DNA of 64,000 nt from Albugo candida (taxonomy: Eukaryota), in the NCBI GenBank assembly GCA_040437565.1, contig JBDOQK010000042.1, positions 186,001 through 250,000 of the forward strand, in the 5' to 3' direction. The position numbers and the translations under genes are program-made. This document shows positions 13,272-25,609 of this stretch, one piece after another; the first letter of the stretch is position 1; every line of letters begins with the position of its first letter. The notes beneath the pieces were generated by a model. It was not told the origin of the DNA. It was given only the letters and a program-made list of their open reading frames with translations, and did not search any database.

Positions 13272-14015
13272 TCAAGTAAGATCGGATTCACTATGATTGC
13301 CTGTCGGTTGAGGGGTAACGTAAACCACCGCGTCTTTGAGCTGTGGCGACGTGACCAAAACACCAGACGATATTATCAGACTTTCCTGCAAACTTTCTGC
13401 GGATGTATTTGACCGATTATGAGTCTCTTGAGGAAGCACTGCTACGACGTCTTGATGTTTCACGCCTCGCGTTTTGATCCAATAGGATAAAGTATGTTTA
13501 CGATTTCTGTTATATAATCCACCCGAGAAAATAGGTCGCATATACAGTGACTCAGTTCGAACAGCTGTTTCGTTGAGGTCGTAAGTACGAACGCACATTG
13601 CCTGACGCCATAATAAAGGTGCTAATTTACCAGATTGATGTGACGTACCAGACGGGATGGTCGTGTAATTTCTTTTCCGAAACTCGTTTTCTAGTGTTTT
13701 GGCAACCATTAATGAGAATGCGGTTGGACTGGCGGTTGCGACTGCTAAAAAGCCAGTCATTTCAGTCACGCGAATGAAATCGTTGAATTCAATTGCTGTC
13801 ATACCAAAAGCCGACGCAGACTGAACAACTTCTCCAAAAAGTCTCTTAGTCCCTAAGAAGTACGGAAAGTAACCAAGCACAATGGCAAAAGCGCCGCAAA
13901 TCGAAGAAACTGCAGAGATGATGTAATTAGCTATCTTGTATGCGTGCGTATCGCTGGCGATCTTGCACTCCCAGTCATATTGCGTATCATTTACGATAGT
14001 GATGTACGCACCCAT
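13272..14015 (-). CDS. Uncharacterised MG-start family protein, copy 1 (247 aa)
   Basis: Intact ORF MGAYITIVNDT...; shares WRQxxC and ExLYMRPIFSG with neighbouring paralogues; central hydrophobic segments. Confidence 0.85.
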   Translation of the reverse strand: MGAYITIVNDTQYDWECKIASDTHAYKIANYIISAVSSICGAFAIVLGYFPYFLGTKRLFGEVVQSASAFGMTAIEFNDFIRVTEMTGFLAVATASPTAFSLMVAKTLENEFRKRNYTTIPSGTSHQSGKLAPLLWRQAMCVRTYDLNETAVRTESLYMRPIFSGGLYNRNRKHTLSYWIKTRGVKHQDVVAVLPQETHNRSNTSAESLQESLIISSGVLVTSPQLKDAVVYVTPQPTGNHSESDLT

Positions 14016-14650
14016 ACGATAGAGCTCTTCCAGCAGAAGGAATTGAGAGAATGGGAGGAGTGTGTAATCGGAAAGTCGTCATTTAAATGCAATCTGATCG
14101 AAAAAAGGAAACGTTTGCTGATGTTTGGTTACTCGGGTGAGTCTGTGATGAGGTTTTATTGCATCCCACTCAAGACAGGCAATTGGATGTGTTGCTCTTA
14201 CAATAGCCAATTAAATGGCACAGGAGATACAGCTCATAGCTAGACAGACCAATCAAATAATGGTAAGACTCCGAGTCATGAGTCGCGAGTTTGGATATTG
14301 CTCGTAGTGCGAGTGAGGATGAGAAGATTCTACTTGAGAAAGGAAATTACTGCGTGCAATGAGAAGGTTGCATTTAGTACATGCTACAATTCAATTAATT
14401 ATTCAGGGAGGAGTACAAGGAACATGAATTGGCTCGTGAGAACGCTGAATATCAAGTGTTGATTGGCTGTTTCATAGAAGGGAATCAAATTGAATTGAGA
14501 AAGCAGCTGCTTTTGACGTGTACAGTACTTCTGAAAGTCTTTCAGCATACAGTAGTACTATAAATCGATCGATAGAACGCGATGTGTATAGTATTCCCAA
14601 ATCCAAATTTGCATTGATAACGCCAATTTACCTTTGCAAATAGTATACAA

Positions 14651-15316
14651 ATGGGTGCATATTTAACGATACAAAATGACACACCGAATACGTGGCGTTG
14701 TATGCTAAGTACAGATCAAAAAGCTTTGAAAATTGGATTCATGGTAGCAGCTGGAATCGCATCGTTTAGCACAGCTACAGGTATCTGGGGTGCTTACCTT
14801 CCAACTCTGTTGGGATTGCGACAAGCGGCTGGGACGGAATTAGTTTTTGGAGGTGTCACTGTGCAAACTTTCAAGAGGATTGCTAGTTCTGTGGAGAGTT
14901 ATGGATTCTTGCTCGCATCAGCTGGCTCGGTGACGGCTTTCACTACTAATCTGATTCGCCTACTGCAAGAAGAGTATATCAAACACGACTATGTCGAAAT
15001 CCCAGTGAATGGCTCACATCGATGGGGTAAGATGCCTCAGTTAGCGTGGCGACAAGCAGCTTGTGTCCGCAGTTTCAGGCTCAACAATTCTGCGATTCGA
15101 AGTGAGACTCTATACATGCGTCCCATTTTTAGTGGCTCGTTCTTCACTCAGCAGCGCAATCTAGATCATAGCATCGCTCATTGGCTCAATAAACGGAATC
15201 CCGAAATAACTGATATCGTCGCACGACCACATGCTGATAAAAGATTGCAAGAAGATCGCAGTCAAAACTTGAAAGCAAAGCCAAACAATGACACTGGCAC
15301 TGTGCTATTTAACTAG
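14651..15316 (+). CDS. Uncharacterised MG-start family protein, copy 2 (221 aa)
   Basis: MGAYLTIQNDT...WRQAACVRS...ETLYMRPIFSG; transcribed divergently from copy 1. Confidence 0.85.
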   Translation: MGAYLTIQNDTPNTWRCMLSTDQKALKIGFMVAAGIASFSTATGIWGAYLPTLLGLRQAAGTELVFGGVTVQTFKRIASSVESYGFLLASAGSVTAFTTNLIRLLQEEYIKHDYVEIPVNGSHRWGKMPQLAWRQAACVRSFRLNNSAIRSETLYMRPIFSGSFFTQQRNLDHSIAHWLNKRNPEITDIVARPHADKRLQEDRSQNLKAKPNNDTGTVLFN

Positions 15317-17087
15317 CTTACATTCGATAATATTTTAATTACAAACGTAGTCATGAGTAAAGCAATTATAGAATTCTTGAAAATGATTGGGTCGTGAGAC
15401 GACTGAATGATCCAATCGTGGAAAAGTATGGATGCACGCGCGTAGAAAAGGCCAATCAGATACAACTGATTTATCACGCGACCAAACCGTAGCACTATTG
15501 CTTGATTTTCGACATAATGTACTACTGCAATTTAAAGAATGCTACTTTTGATCACCATTTAATTCACTCGATACATTGCTACTTCTTCATTTCACACATC
15601 AAATCGCTAGAAAATCTATGGGTACATCTTTGTCTCTCTTGAACGACACGGTGGAAGACTGGCGGTGCACCGTGACCGCTGATGTATTGGCGCTCAAAGT
15701 CGGTTACTTAGTGGTAGCAGGAATGGCCGCAACGGCCGGACTTATCGGAACAATTAGTTCCGCCACACCATTTCTTCTAGACATACGGTCCGCTTTGCCT
15801 GATTCTCTCACTATCGGAGGGTACACGGTCAGAGCTGTCAAATCATTCGTTAAAACGACCGAGATTGGCGGGTTTATGTTTGCAGCTTCTACCGGGCTAC
15901 CCGCATTCGGGATTTCGATCATGGCGAGCCTAGCAGACGAATTATCGAAACAAGGATATGTGAACATAAAATCAGGACATTATTCAACATGGAAAACATC
16001 ACCGTTATTGTGGAGACAAGGTACATGTATTCTGGATTATGAGCTCAATTCGACTNNNNNNNNNNNNNNNNNNNNNNNNNNNNNNNNNNNNNNNNNNNNN
16101 NNNNNNNNNNNNNNNNNNNNNNNNNNNNNNNNNNNNNNNNNNNNNNNNNNNNNNNCATTTTTAGTGGCTCGTTCTTCACTCAGCAGCGCAATCTAGATCA
16201 TAGCATCGCTCATTGGCTCAATAAACGGAATCCCGAAATAACTGATATCGTCGCACGACCACATGCTGATAAAAGATTGCAAGAAGATCGCAGTCAAAAC
16301 TTGAAAGCAAAGCCAAACAATGACACTGGCACTGTGCTATTTAACTAGCTTACATTCGATAATATTTTAATTACAAACGTAGTCATGAGTAAAGCAATTA
16401 TAGAATTCTTGAAAATGATTGGGTCGTGAGACGACTGAATGATCCAATCGTGGAAAAGTATGGATGCACGCGCGTAGAAAAGGCCAATCAGATACAACTG
16501 ATTTATCACGCGACCAAACCGTAGCACTATTGCTTGATTTTCGACATAATGTACTACTGCAATTTAAAGAATGCTACTTTTGATCACCATTTAATTCACT
16601 CGATACATTGCTACTTCTTCATTTCACACATCAAATCGCTAGAAAATCTATGGGTACATCTTTGTCTCTCTTGAACGACACGGTGGAAGACTGGCGGTGC
16701 ACCGTGACCGCTGATGTATTGGCGCTCAAAGTCGGTTACTTAGTGGTAGCAGGAATGGCCGCAACGGCCGGACTTATCGGAACAATTAGTTCCGCCACAC
16801 CATTTCTTCTAGACATACGGTCCGCTTTGCCTGATTCTCTCACTATCGGAGGGTACACGGTCAGAGCTGTCAAATCATTCGTTAAAACGACCGAGATTGG
16901 CGGGTTTATGTTTGCAGCTTCTACCGGGCTACCCGCATTCGGGATTTCGATCATGGCGAGCCTAGCAGACGAATTATCGAAACAAGGATATGTGAACATA
17001 AAATCAGGACATTATTCAACATGGAAAACATCACCGTTATTGTGGAGACAAGGTACATGTATTCTGGATTATGAGCTCAATTCGACT
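15124..17087. repeat. Gap-flanking duplication: 15124-16055 repeated at 16156-17087 (probable assembly artefact)
   Basis: 932 bp at offset 1032 with identical ORF translations. The truncated ORF from 15618 is the same gene as 16650-17303. Confidence 0.9.
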
Positions 17088-17303
17088 GCTGTGCGGACTG
17101 AAACGCTTTACATGCGTCCCATATTCAGTGGCGGTATATTTGAACGCAATCGCGTCCATCGGATATCTTTCTGGATTAATAAGCATGGGACACGCGTCGA
17201 GGATGTCGTTGCATTAGTCACAAACGTACTACCTTCGGAGGACAACGCAAACGCTACGATTTTGCCATCACAAAATAGTAACGGTTCCACCACCCTTACC
17301 TAA
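16650..17303 (+). CDS. Uncharacterised MG-start family protein, copy 3 (217 aa)
   Basis: First ATG gives MGTSLSLLNDT..., matching the paralogue N-termini; WRQGTC and ETLYMRPIFSGG are conserved. Confidence 0.85.
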   Translation: MGTSLSLLNDTVEDWRCTVTADVLALKVGYLVVAGMAATAGLIGTISSATPFLLDIRSALPDSLTIGGYTVRAVKSFVKTTEIGGFMFAASTGLPAFGISIMASLADELSKQGYVNIKSGHYSTWKTSPLLWRQGTCILDYELNSTAVRTETLYMRPIFSGGIFERNRVHRISFWINKHGTRVEDVVALVTNVLPSEDNANATILPSQNSNGSTTLT

Positions 17304-17776
17304 TCTATAATCAATTGTAACACACACGACCATTATGTGTCCACACTAATCAATTNNNNNNNNNNNNNNNNNNNNNNNNNNNNNNNNNNNNNNNNNNNNN
17401 NNNNNNNNNNNNNNNNNNNNNNNNNNNNNNNNNNNNNNNNNNNNNNNNNNNNNNNCTAATCTATAATCAATTGTAACACACACGACCATTATGTGTCCAC
17501 ACTAATCAATTACCAGACTTCCAAGAAGTTCCATCATATGCTGTATTGCTTCTCTTTTACCACACTGAGAGTAACAGCAAGTCACATGTTCATTACCAAC
17601 CACCCTGCCCCCAACAGAGTATTCAGATTATGTATAATAGACGTTTACGTCGTGTTTATTGACTACATTACTTCGTGTTGCAAACACGTAATCCCTTCAA
17701 GAACTCTTCGCTATTGGATCATTCACGAATTTGAGTTGCACGCTCCAATTATATCAAAGAATAGTACCGTTCCGAT

Positions 17777-19126
17777 ATGAAATACGACGCACTTAACCAA
17801 TTCGCGTTTCGTAGACGCAGTGGACTCGCTCCAAACGACAACAAACCTACAATCACTATGAAGACGTTTTTCGGCACCGTTGGCTCACCAATCAAAATGT
17901 CCAAAGTCGCGTGCGTTGAGTTCGATGAGCCAATGCACTCGCCGGTACATTCGAAACGAACTTATCAGAGGAACAGTTTGCCGGATGTTCGCTCAATGGA
18001 AATCCCAATGGAAAAAGGAGATAATGTGGCGGTGAACGAGGAGAACGCTGACGATATTCCAACTATACGTAATCCCAACCGTCACCTGGATGCCAAGATA
18101 TCGCCGGAATATATCGGAAAGCCTGCAAAACCTATGGAGCAGCTCAAGCTCGATGGTGCCAAAAAGGCCCAAATTCCTCGTTTTATCTCACCATGGTTTC
18201 ACGAAGGAGGCAAAGATAATCACAGGATCAAAGAACCACGTCTACATCTACTACATGCACAGTCTCCAGCAGCACATAGTCAGAGTATTCCACTCGCTGA
18301 TTTAGAGCTAGGTCGAGTGATCGGGCAAGGAGCCTTTGGCAAAGTTCATGAAGGCCGATGGCGTGGACGTGCTGTCGCAATCAAACTATTAATATGTCAG
18401 GATTTACGTCATGACATCTTGCGGGAACTGGAATCGGAAGTGAAGATTATGAGTGTGTTACGTCATCCGAATATATGTCGGCTCCTTGGAGCGTGTATGG
18501 AACCTCAACATCGCGCGCTTGTGGTCGAATTATCTCAACGCGGATCGTTATGGAGCGTTCTACGCAACAGTCGAAGGTCGCTGACGCTTGATATGCGCAC
18601 GCGCTTTTTATACGACACAGTCAAAGGAATGAGTTACTTGCACCATTTTGAGCGTCCCATTCTTCATCGCGACCTAAAGTCACCGAATTTATTGGTCGAT
18701 GCGAATTATACTATAAAGTTATCGGATTTTGGGTTGGCTCGCGTGAAAGCGCACGTACAAACTATGACAGGTAATTGTGGTACGGTTCAATGGATGGCGC
18801 CAGAAGTGTTGGGACATCAAAAGTATACGGAAAAAGCGGATGTGTTCTCATTTGCTGTTGTTATATGGGAAGTGATGACAGGGCGATGTCCTTATGACGG
18901 TATGTCCCAAATTCATGTCGCGCTTGGTGTGTTGAATCGGAATTTACGTCCCAGTATACCTCGAGATTGTCCACCTTTTTTTGCCCGATTGATGAAGTCT
19001 TGCTGGAATAGACAGCCAGAATTACGACCATCGTTTCCGCATATTGTTAGCGCGTTTCGTTCATATCAGTCGAAATTGATGCATCAAGACGTCAGGCTCC
19101 ACATGAAGAACGGCGCTCAAAGTTGA
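17777..19126 (+). CDS. TKL-group (Raf-like) Ser/Thr protein kinase
   Basis: GQGAFG, VAIK, HRDLKSPN, DFG, GTVQWMAPE and KADVFSF motifs; low-complexity N-terminus. Confidence 0.95.
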   Translation: MKYDALNQFAFRRRSGLAPNDNKPTITMKTFFGTVGSPIKMSKVACVEFDEPMHSPVHSKRTYQRNSLPDVRSMEIPMEKGDNVAVNEENADDIPTIRNPNRHLDAKISPEYIGKPAKPMEQLKLDGAKKAQIPRFISPWFHEGGKDNHRIKEPRLHLLHAQSPAAHSQSIPLADLELGRVIGQGAFGKVHEGRWRGRAVAIKLLICQDLRHDILRELESEVKIMSVLRHPNICRLLGACMEPQHRALVVELSQRGSLWSVLRNSRRSLTLDMRTRFLYDTVKGMSYLHHFERPILHRDLKSPNLLVDANYTIKLSDFGLARVKAHVQTMTGNCGTVQWMAPEVLGHQKYTEKADVFSFAVVIWEVMTGRCPYDGMSQIHVALGVLNRNLRPSIPRDCPPFFARLMKSCWNRQPELRPSFPHIVSAFRSYQSKLMHQDVRLHMKNGAQS

Positions 19127-20220
19127 AGTTCAGGCTTATGATAGAGCAGGTAGATTGACTTTGTGTATACGCGTGAATGATGTATAGCTGACGTGTATGT
19201 TTATCGTCTGGGTAACCTAGTTCAAATGAATTCTTCCCACAATTAATTATGTATTAGAATCGAAACACCCAGATTGGACGAACAAGTGCAACCTCACTTG
19301 ACCATTACCTCCCTCATTTCATAGACATGTTCTCTAATATTATAGCGACATAATCGGTCGCGAATTAGGGAATCGACATCTAAAATTAGGGTAAACATAC
19401 CCAATCTCGTGTGATGATGAAGGAATGCAATAAAAAACTAGACTTGGTACTAATTTATGACGTAGAAGAGGTGCTTGGCCATTTATTTGGTAAATGATCA
19501 CATCGCGTTACGTAAGAGCAACGATCCCAGCAACAGAGCTATAGAGGCGTGACTCCATTCACCTTGAAAGTATCGTGTTATCACGATGAAGGCGCTTTGA
19601 AGCCGGGGCCATGATAGAATACACCTATTTGCAGTCATAAATGCAAGCTCCCTATCGGTGATTATTGCCTTCAAAGCAGAAGAATGTGAGAAGTGGGGTT
19701 ATACCACTCATTATACAGCTGAGGTATACGAAAAGCGCTTCGTAACAAGTCAAATGTCAAGGAAAGCGTCAGGGTACGTGGGACGCGCAATGAACAGGCT
19801 TCTGTATCATCAACACAGTATCGACCGGGGGAGTCAGAATGTCTAATTCATCTAAGGAGCTATCTTCATGTCCATGAAGATTTCTTCATTGAATTGCGGC
19901 CTTGTGACTTTGTCGATATGTGTGTATTATTATACGTATACTAAACAATTTCACTCAAACTTTGGAGAGAGGAAACTCTAACGAGTAAATAAGTTGAGAG
20001 TGTGGATTTGTGGTTTCCTTTACGTACAGAGTGTACTTGAAATACACTCAACGTCCCGTCGTTCAGATTAGAGTTCAGATTCGAAGGGAGTGAGGCACAC
20101 AACCTAATTCTCAAGATCGAAAACTGCTACACCCTAACCTGAACTGAGTAAAAGATTTCTATTACTTAATTGCGTCTCCTCCTTTCTTGAGTAGGCCGGC
20201 TGAAAGCGCTTGCGATACCG

Positions 20221-20310
20221 CAAGTACATGGTTATGATTGAGCGCACGGACCCCCTGCCGGAGGTCGTTAGTTCGATCCCAGGCAGTGTGGGCAGCGGTT
20301 TGAGCCCACC
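20221..20310 (+). other. tRNA-like segment (possible SINE head or tRNA relic)
   Basis: GAGGTC followed by B-box-like GTTCGATCC at 20271-20279; CGG..CCG stem before it; GTGGGC/GCCCAC hairpin at 20288-20309. No convincing acceptor stem. Confidence 0.3.
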
Positions 20311-20786
20311 CAAGCAATAAGCTTGGAAAATATCTGCCTCCCAGGGATTGAAGTCAGACTTAAGTGATATTCACACGGTCAGGGGCTTATGATAGGATAA
20401 GGAAGGTAGTCAAAGAACCAGATAAACAGTGTAATGAAATCCTTGACAAAGTACATGTTATGATTCCAATGGCGGGATGCTGAGCACAGTGGTACACGGC
20501 TTGTAGGCAGGTCAACCAGCCTCATTTAAGGTGCAACAATAAATAACTCACAGATCGCTTTATTTCCCACCCAAAATCTATTCCTACTCCAAGATGACTC
20601 AAAGACCCAAGATAATTGCGTCTTTCTTTCTGCATAGGCAACCTATTTCTCTCAGTCATTTTATTATCCTCAACCCACGCGGTTGAATGAAGGAAATCAA
20701 AGAAATCATCTCCTTTCTGCATGCAGTATCCTCACTGTAAAGCTATAAACATCCCTCTTACACTTTACTTTCAACCCAAACCGAAG

Positions 20787-22468
20787 TTAATGTGCGGCAA
20801 TGCGATCTCCGGCCTCGGCGGATAAGCGCCTCCAATCTGTGCGTGCGAGCATCCACGAGCAGCTTACAAAGGCAATACTCATTCCAACTCCGAATCCGAC
20901 CCATAAACCACTCACGCCCAAGTTACCTTTGAATGCCAATAAAGCTGCGATCGGAAGCCCAATGAGGTAGTACGAGATTGCATTCACTAATGCAGCGATA
21001 TTCTGACGTCCTGCTCCACGATAAATACCTTGAATCACACAATTGAGACCGTCCATTACAGCGTACCAAACAAACACTAAGAGCGCGTTACTCGCTTCCG
21101 AGACACTCTCTTGGTCATTTATCAGAATCAGAGGAATATAACTTCGAAATAGGACACAAAGTACGCCCATCAAACATCCAAGTACCAACACACTATACAA
21201 GGAGATACGAGCCACTAATTTGGCAAGTTGAGGCATTCCGGCGCCTAATGCGTTCCCGACTCGAACATTTGCCGAGACACCGACACCGAGGTACAGCATG
21301 AATGTGAAAGACGCTACATTCATCAGTACGGTTTGCACACTGACAGCGACGACTTCGTTCGGAAGAAGACCTGACATCAGCGCTAAAACTTCGTAGGCCC
21401 ACCATTCCATCGCCATCATCAAAAAGCCTGGGACCCCAAGCCGCAAGAAGAGAGGCACTCGATTGATGGCTTGACGGATGTCCCATCCTGACCACCACTG
21501 GCGATATTTTTCGTTCCAAAGGAATAGTGGAGTCATACAAATTGGCATTGTGATGTATCCTAGTGTACGTGAGACCGCAGCACCATAAAATCCTAAACTT
21601 GTGTGGTACGTCAAGATATATCCCATGGTAATGTTGACTATATTGCCAATAATTGCAATAATGACCAGAGGACGAACCAAATGTTGCGATTGTAATACCT
21701 TTCGAAACATTTCATACAAAAATAGAAACGGAATCCCAATCACTGTGATTCTTGAGAAATTGCCTGAAAACTCGGCGACTTGGTCATTTTGCCCCATAAG
21801 CTTCAAGAAATAGCCAGCATACCAATTCATAATGAAAATGGGTAGGAGGCACGACCCGACGACCAATAATGCGGATTGGAAGTAAATTCCCATTCTTTGA
21901 ACGCGATTAGCGCCATACGCTTGCGAGCACAGTGTATCAAGTCCTGAAGTGAGTCCAAAGCCAATGGATAACGAGGAAATATTCGTAAACTATTGAGGAT
22001 CAAAGTGAGGTATAGAAAGCTGTTAGCTGTGTGGAGGGAAAATACCATGCTGGATAGTGTCGCTGCGTCCACGTAGTACTTTGTGTAGGGAGAGTCAACA
22101 TGGCCGACCAAAATGACGACTGTCACGCCCGGAAGGTACTCGAGGATGTATGTGCTCATCTAGGATAAAAAGGTGAGAAGTATAAGGTATTAGAGTTTAA
22201 CATATACCACAGGATAAAATAGTGAAATCAATTTGCGAAACTCCTGGTTCCAATTGGGTGTGGTTTCCAGGTCTTCTCGTTCGTACAGTGATTTCTCAAC
22301 ATCGTAAAGTAGAGAGAAATTGCTGCTACTATGACGACCTATGAGTGGAGAATTCATTCCTTCGTATTCCAAACAAGCTTTCTCTATTTGGTCGGTCTCA
22401 TCATTGACAGTGCGTGCTTCATTGCTTGGATGCTGTAGCGGTGTCCTCTCGGAAGGATCAATCGACAT
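20787..22468 (-). CDS. MATE (multidrug and toxic compound extrusion) transporter, 3 exons
   Basis: Exons 22468-22208, 22159-22046 and 21989-20787 with GT-AG introns of 48 and 56 bp. Spliced product has GLDTLCSQAYGA, EWWAYE, RVGNALGAG and GIYRGAGRQ. An upstream start at 22639 is possible. Confidence 0.92.
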
Positions 22469-23414
22469 AGTAATTCTGCAATGTATTAGGTACCACAGTG
22501 TATCTAATCCTAGGGGTTGCTCAAGCATTGTATGCTTGGTTCTTTCGGTATCGTACACCACATTTTCGTTGGTTTTATGTATAATCTCTGGTAGGTTTCT
22601 ATCTGCGGTACCTTTGAATTCCGATTCACGTGGTGGCACAAGCTTCTACGTGGTCAATGCAAGTATACATAAATGTTGGACCGAATGTTGTATAATTGAT
22701 AGCATGGTTTCTATCTCTTCGTTAAGAATTTTTAAAAGCATCAATTCACGTGAATTGCATCTTAAATCTGATAGTTCCATACAAGCTTTTCGACTGCAAG
22801 AATGTACAGAGTACAAATCTCAAGTAGGTTCGGCAACCATCCGGTCAGCTCAACTTGGTGTGTAAAGGTTGAGAGTGAAGTACTAAGTGGCAAACGGAGC
22901 GCCTTGTCCTTTTCAGTTATGATAAAATGAATGACAGAGTCAACCGGTTTATAACTACTTGAGAGGTATGCGTAACTCATTTCTATTAAGTTGGAATATT
23001 GGTGTTTGTACGCTCCACTGAATAATACAGAACAAGTGCACATATATTCGCTAGTTGACTATTTTCATCAGTATTACCCAAATAGAGTCAACTCAATGTT
23101 ACATTCCAGTACTACACTTACGCACCATAACTCAACTAGGCTCTATTATAATAGTATAGTCATCATTCTCTGATGCATGGGGACTGAGTTTTGGGCACTA
23201 TATCGGTACGAGTATAACCTCTACATATTAATCAACGTCACATGCAGAGAACTTTTTAATATACGCTTGAAGAACTACCGATAACACTATTTTCGTCTGA
23301 CAGCTAAAGCCCTCTATTCCTGCTGCAGATCATAGGATAGAGAGAGCACTCACACAACCGCCGAGGTATTGGCTGAGTTAAGGTGACAACAGTTGATTGG
23401 GTATAAATCGCCTA

Positions 23415-24848
23415 ATGCAAAAGACTCGAAATTCAGACCATTGGAATGCAAATGACGACAGGGGACCAAAGCCTCGGCGCTACCGTATTGCAATGTGCAG
23501 TGATTTCTTCTACCCTCGTCTCGGCGGTGTAGAAATGCATATATGGTCTCTGGCACAGTGCTTTCTCCAGCGCGGTCATAAAGTGATCGTTTTGACACAC
23601 GCTATACAGGACAAAAACGTCAAGTACACAGATGGGAAGCGTCCCAAGCTTCGTTCAGGTATACGGTGGATGACAAATGGTCTTAAGGTGTACTACCTTC
23701 CGTTAACTTCATTCGTTGAGAATGTGACGTATCCAGCAATCATTGATTTTTTCGCATTATTCCGAACCATCTGCATTCGTGAACGAATTGAGATAGTACA
23801 TGGCCATCAGGCGACATCGGCATTGATGCACGAGTGTCTACTATACGCGAAAACCATGGGGTATATGAAAACAGTATACACTGATCATTCCCTTTTTGGA
23901 TTCGCTGATGCTGCGAGCGTTCACCTCAACAAAGCGCTAAAGTTCACCTTGTCGACAGTGGACCACGCTATTTGTGTATCACACACTTGCAAAGCAAATT
24001 TAGTGTTACGCGCATGCCTCTCTCCTGAGATTGTGTCAACAATTCCAAACGCCGTGGATGCATCGAAATTCATGCCGCCATCAAACCCTCCAGACGCTTC
24101 ACCGGGAGCGATCATCACCATCGTGGTCATCTCACGATTGGTCTATCGAAAAGGAATGAGCATTTTAGTGCAAGCGATCCCGATCGTGTGTGCCCGGACA
24201 CACAATGTTAGGTTTCTGATAGGCGGTGATGGACCAAAATTAATCGACTTGGAGCAAATGCGAGAGCGATATCAGCTTCACGATCGAGTAGAACTACTGG
24301 GTGCTGTGCCACATAGCCAAGTTCGGCAGATTCTATGTCGTGGTCACATCTTCCTCAACAGTTCGTTAACAGAATCATTTTGTATTGCAATTTTAGAAGC
24401 GGCATCCTGCGGATTGTACGTTGTTAGCACCTGTGTCGGAGGTATTCCAGAGGTATTACCCAATGATATGATCGAATTCGCTACAGAAATCACGGGTGAA
24501 GCTCTGGCTGACGCGGTCCTAAGAGCAGTACCACGCGCTTCCACAATCGACCGTCAGGTTTTCCACGAACGAGTCGCGAAGATGTATAATTGGCAAGATG
24601 TTGCTGCTCGAACCGAAAAAGTGTATACTAGATTGTGTACTTTACCGGACCCTCCGTTGATCCGTCGATTGCAATTATATTACGGAATCGGTCCGATTGC
24701 TGGGGCACTGGCGTGTATCATTGCAGCAATTTTACATTTATATCTTGCTGTTTTGGAAATTTGGTACCCCCGCGACACTATCGAGATCGCATTGGATTAC
24801 CCGTGTCCGAACATTGTACCAGAATCAGATGAAATACACGCCGAGTGA
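23415..24848 (+). CDS. PIGA: GPI-GlcNAc transferase catalytic subunit (PIG-A/GPI3)
   Basis: IAMCSDFFYPRLGGVEMHI, TNGLKVYYLP, VYTDHSLFGFAD, SRLVYRKG and LNSSLTESFCIAILEAASCG motifs; C-terminal TM helix; first ATG at 23415. Confidence 0.96.
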   Translation: MQKTRNSDHWNANDDRGPKPRRYRIAMCSDFFYPRLGGVEMHIWSLAQCFLQRGHKVIVLTHAIQDKNVKYTDGKRPKLRSGIRWMTNGLKVYYLPLTSFVENVTYPAIIDFFALFRTICIRERIEIVHGHQATSALMHECLLYAKTMGYMKTVYTDHSLFGFADAASVHLNKALKFTLSTVDHAICVSHTCKANLVLRACLSPEIVSTIPNAVDASKFMPPSNPPDASPGAIITIVVISRLVYRKGMSILVQAIPIVCARTHNVRFLIGGDGPKLIDLEQMRERYQLHDRVELLGAVPHSQVRQILCRGHIFLNSSLTESFCIAILEAASCGLYVVSTCVGGIPEVLPNDMIEFATEITGEALADAVLRAVPRASTIDRQVFHERVAKMYNWQDVAARTEKVYTRLCTLPDPPLIRRLQLYYGIGPIAGALACIIAAILHLYLAVLEIWYPRDTIEIALDYPCPNIVPESDEIHAE

Positions 24849-25609
24849 CTCGCCGCTGGAAAAAGATGTGTCATCGTAATAAAGTGAGAGACAGCAGATG
24901 TAACCATGGGTTGGGTGTATAATTTTAATTCCTGATGACTGGTACACGTTGTGAGGTTATACGAGTGATTAAAACCCGTGTGTGTAATTCTTTCTCAATA
25001 GAAAATTATCCTTTTGAATTGTATAGTAATGATTCTGTTTGGTTTCAGAGTGAATGTCACGTAAAGTTGTGAATTTTATATCAAGCAGGTGGGTACCCCC
25101 GTCTGATGTGACTCAAAGTGTAGTCTTTTACGAATGTTACGTAACCTGTGGGTACTGAGCGTATGCTTTACATTATACTATAATGAAAAAGAGACAAGGG
25201 TAGCTAGCTCGACTCTTGTTGATATACCTTTTACCTTTTACTTCGCCATCTGTGCACTGGACATTCCCACAAGTCGTTAGATCAGATGACGCACTGTTGT
25301 CAATTCAATACAATTACAACACGATCGTCCCAGGTGATTCATACCCCTTCTAATAAATTACAAGCGGATTATATCACAAGCCTACCAAAGTTTGAAACCG
25401 TCTTCGATGAGATTACACACGTAGCACCAGCCCGAATGGGAAATACACTGACTCTAACCCCCATCCCTACAGATGTGCGGTATACGATTTGAAGGTGTGG
25501 GGAGTCTTGTATTGTAGAGACAGCAACTTTTCACTCCACTGCAGTTATCGATTTCTTTCGTATCGTGCATAGCGCATTGCACGCCTTACAACAAACTCCA
25601 AGTTTATAA

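Noticed and set aside
15576-16196. Apparent fourth intact-family paralogue
   Set aside because: Identical to 16608 onward and truncated at the gap; part of a gap-flanking duplicate.
19364-19392. Two TTAGGG telomere-like hexamers
   Set aside because: Only two non-adjacent copies; expected by chance.
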